From Leptogorgia sarmentosa (taxonomy: Eukaryota), in NCBI GenBank assembly GCA_964658305.1, contig OZ210885.1, positions 21,700,001-21,764,000 of the forward strand: 64,000 bases of DNA, read 5' to 3'. The notes below the pieces were generated by a model. The model saw only the letters and a program-made list of their open reading frames with translations. It made no database searches and was not told where the DNA came from. The translations under genes and the position numbers were made by a program. Shown in pieces: positions 62,284-64,000 of this stretch. Every line of letters starts with the position of its first letter. Position 1 is the first letter of the stretch.

Positions 62284-63212
62284 CATGAAGCGATCAAAAA
62301 CTGTTGAATCAGAGTCAGATGGCTCAGAATCTGACCTTTCAGATAAAGATGAACCAATGGCAATGGGCAAACCTGTCACTAAAAAGAAGAAATACGAGCA
62401 AAATTTTTTCAATTCCTGGCTGTCTGAACCACAGTTCAAATGTTGACTAGAAAGACGGAAAGATTTGCCCCACTGCAAAATTTGTGATTGCTCACTATCT
62501 TGCGCTAAGATGGCCTTAAAACGACACATGGAAAATAAAAAGCACAAGGACTTGAGTAAAATAAAAGAGCAAGTAAACAGACGCATAACCTCCACTATGT
62601 TTGGACCACATGCTAATCCAGCAAGGATTGAGATAAAACTTTGCTTGTTTATAACCGCAAAAAATCTCCCAATCAGTATTGTGGAAGATCTTGTGCCACT
62701 GCTACGAAACCTTTTCCCTTCAGATCCAGCGCTTCGTGAAGTTAAACTGGGAAAGCTAAAGGCCACCAATGTAATTCGACAAGTACTTGGATTCCATGCT
62801 ATCAAAGAGTGTGTTTCTAAACTTAGAAACGAGAAATTTTCGGTGATTATCGACGAAACCACAGATAAATCAACAACGTCACAACTTGCCATACTAGCAG
62901 TCTATTTCAACGAAAAAAACATTTAAACTTGAAATCGCTCTGGTCGATCTTGTACCACTCTCAAATGGAGCTGCAGCCACGATATACAAGGCTCTGTTGG
63001 ATAGCCTGAAAGAAAGAGGAATTCCGATGAAGAACGTTATTGGCTTCTGCACGGACACATGTAATGTGATGTTTGGCGCTAATCATTCTGTTGCTCAGAT
63101 GCTAGTGAAAGATCATCCATGGATAATTCCAATCAAGTGTTCCAGTCATTTGATTCATCTGTGCAGTTCACATGCATCAAAAGTTTTCCCTAAAAATGTT
63201 GAAGACCTGTGA
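62284..63212 (+). pseudogene. hAT-like transposase fragment (Zn finger + DDE start)
   Basis: KYEQNFFNSW...CKICDC...LKRHMENKKH, FSVIIDETTD, GFCTDTCNVMFG, KCSSHLIHLCSSHA; stops. Confidence 0.8.
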
Positions 63213-63511
63213 TTATAAGTGACCAGTGCGCTTCTCAGTTTATTCGATACAGTCATTTGGAGTGTACACACCAACTTTGTCCAACAGTGGTTATTGGTTA
63301 TTCCATTCACCGTTTTTTGTTTCGAATTGTTCTTCTGTTCAGGTAAGGACGATTTTAGAGATCTTTTTATAGGTCTTTTTATACTCTATTATTTAGCGCA
63401 CGATTAATACGTAGTTAATATTATTAGTGGGGCGGATATAGGAAAAAATTGTTCACTTTTGGTAACAAGCACCAAATTTGGCACAGATATAGTTTTTTAC
63501 ATGCTGAACAA

Positions 63512-63538
63512 TGTGTGTGTGTGTGTGTGTGTGTGTGT
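63512..63538. repeat. (TG)n microsatellite
   Basis: Direct reading of the sequence. Confidence 0.95.
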
Positions 63539-64000
63539 TGGTATGTGAACACGATAACTTTAGAAATAACGAACATTTGGCCACAAAACTTTGCACAATT
63601 GTTTGTCATTGCACAAGGAAGAGATGATTAAATTTTGGTTCAATTTCGTTGACAAACAACTGAAATATTTACAAAATAAAACTTTCGTTGCTTTAATTTT
63701 TTCAAATATGAATGCGTAATGAAGTTAATTTATATTCTGAATGTTTAATCAGGGGTAAAATATAGTGCGTGCAAAATTTGATGCTGGCGGAGGTATGCAG
63801 TCTTTGAATGCCCTCTAGTTACAGAATTAATTTTTCACAATAATACGTAATGTAACATAATTTTACGGCGCATGGAAACCTGCATAACAATAACATGAAA
63901 TCAATAACCCGCGAGCATTTGTTGAAAGACACACTGTTATTGACTTACAGCTAAGTCCCCCAGTTTTACATATTCGTGTCCAAGCAAACGTTTGAAGCAG

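Noticed and set aside
63420..63820. Possible non-autonomous element ending GGCGGAGGTATGCAG...CCCTCTAGTT
   Set aside because: The other end and boundaries could not be established from this window.

Overview
This is AT-rich eukaryotic DNA with spliceosomal introns. The repeat types suggest a marine invertebrate, probably a cnidarian (inference). It is almost entirely a nested transposable-element graveyard, and I can support no intact host gene. Resolved with termini and target-site duplications (TSDs): a Gypsy LTR element (2831-8985) carrying a Harbinger-like insert and a -1 frameshift pseudoknot; two hAT elements; two 8-bp-TSD MITEs; a mariner deletion derivative; and a four-layer nest (IS3EU-like element > Penelope > BEL/Pao > AcademH-like element with transposase plus RecQ helicase, 24115-32089). 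Also present: a DIRS element with 47-bp inverted termini and a methyltransferase-like domain, a Crypton recombinase, a second Gypsy and a second BEL remnant, and an inverted pair of hammerhead ribozymes. The most notable pattern is three divergent integrase-core (IS3EU-like) transposase genes, each facing a convergent partner gene. Two partners retain HECT E3-ligase sequence and two share an uncharacterised N-terminal domain, suggesting a transposase + HECT ligase two-gene transposon. Family names come from motif recognition only; no database searches were run.
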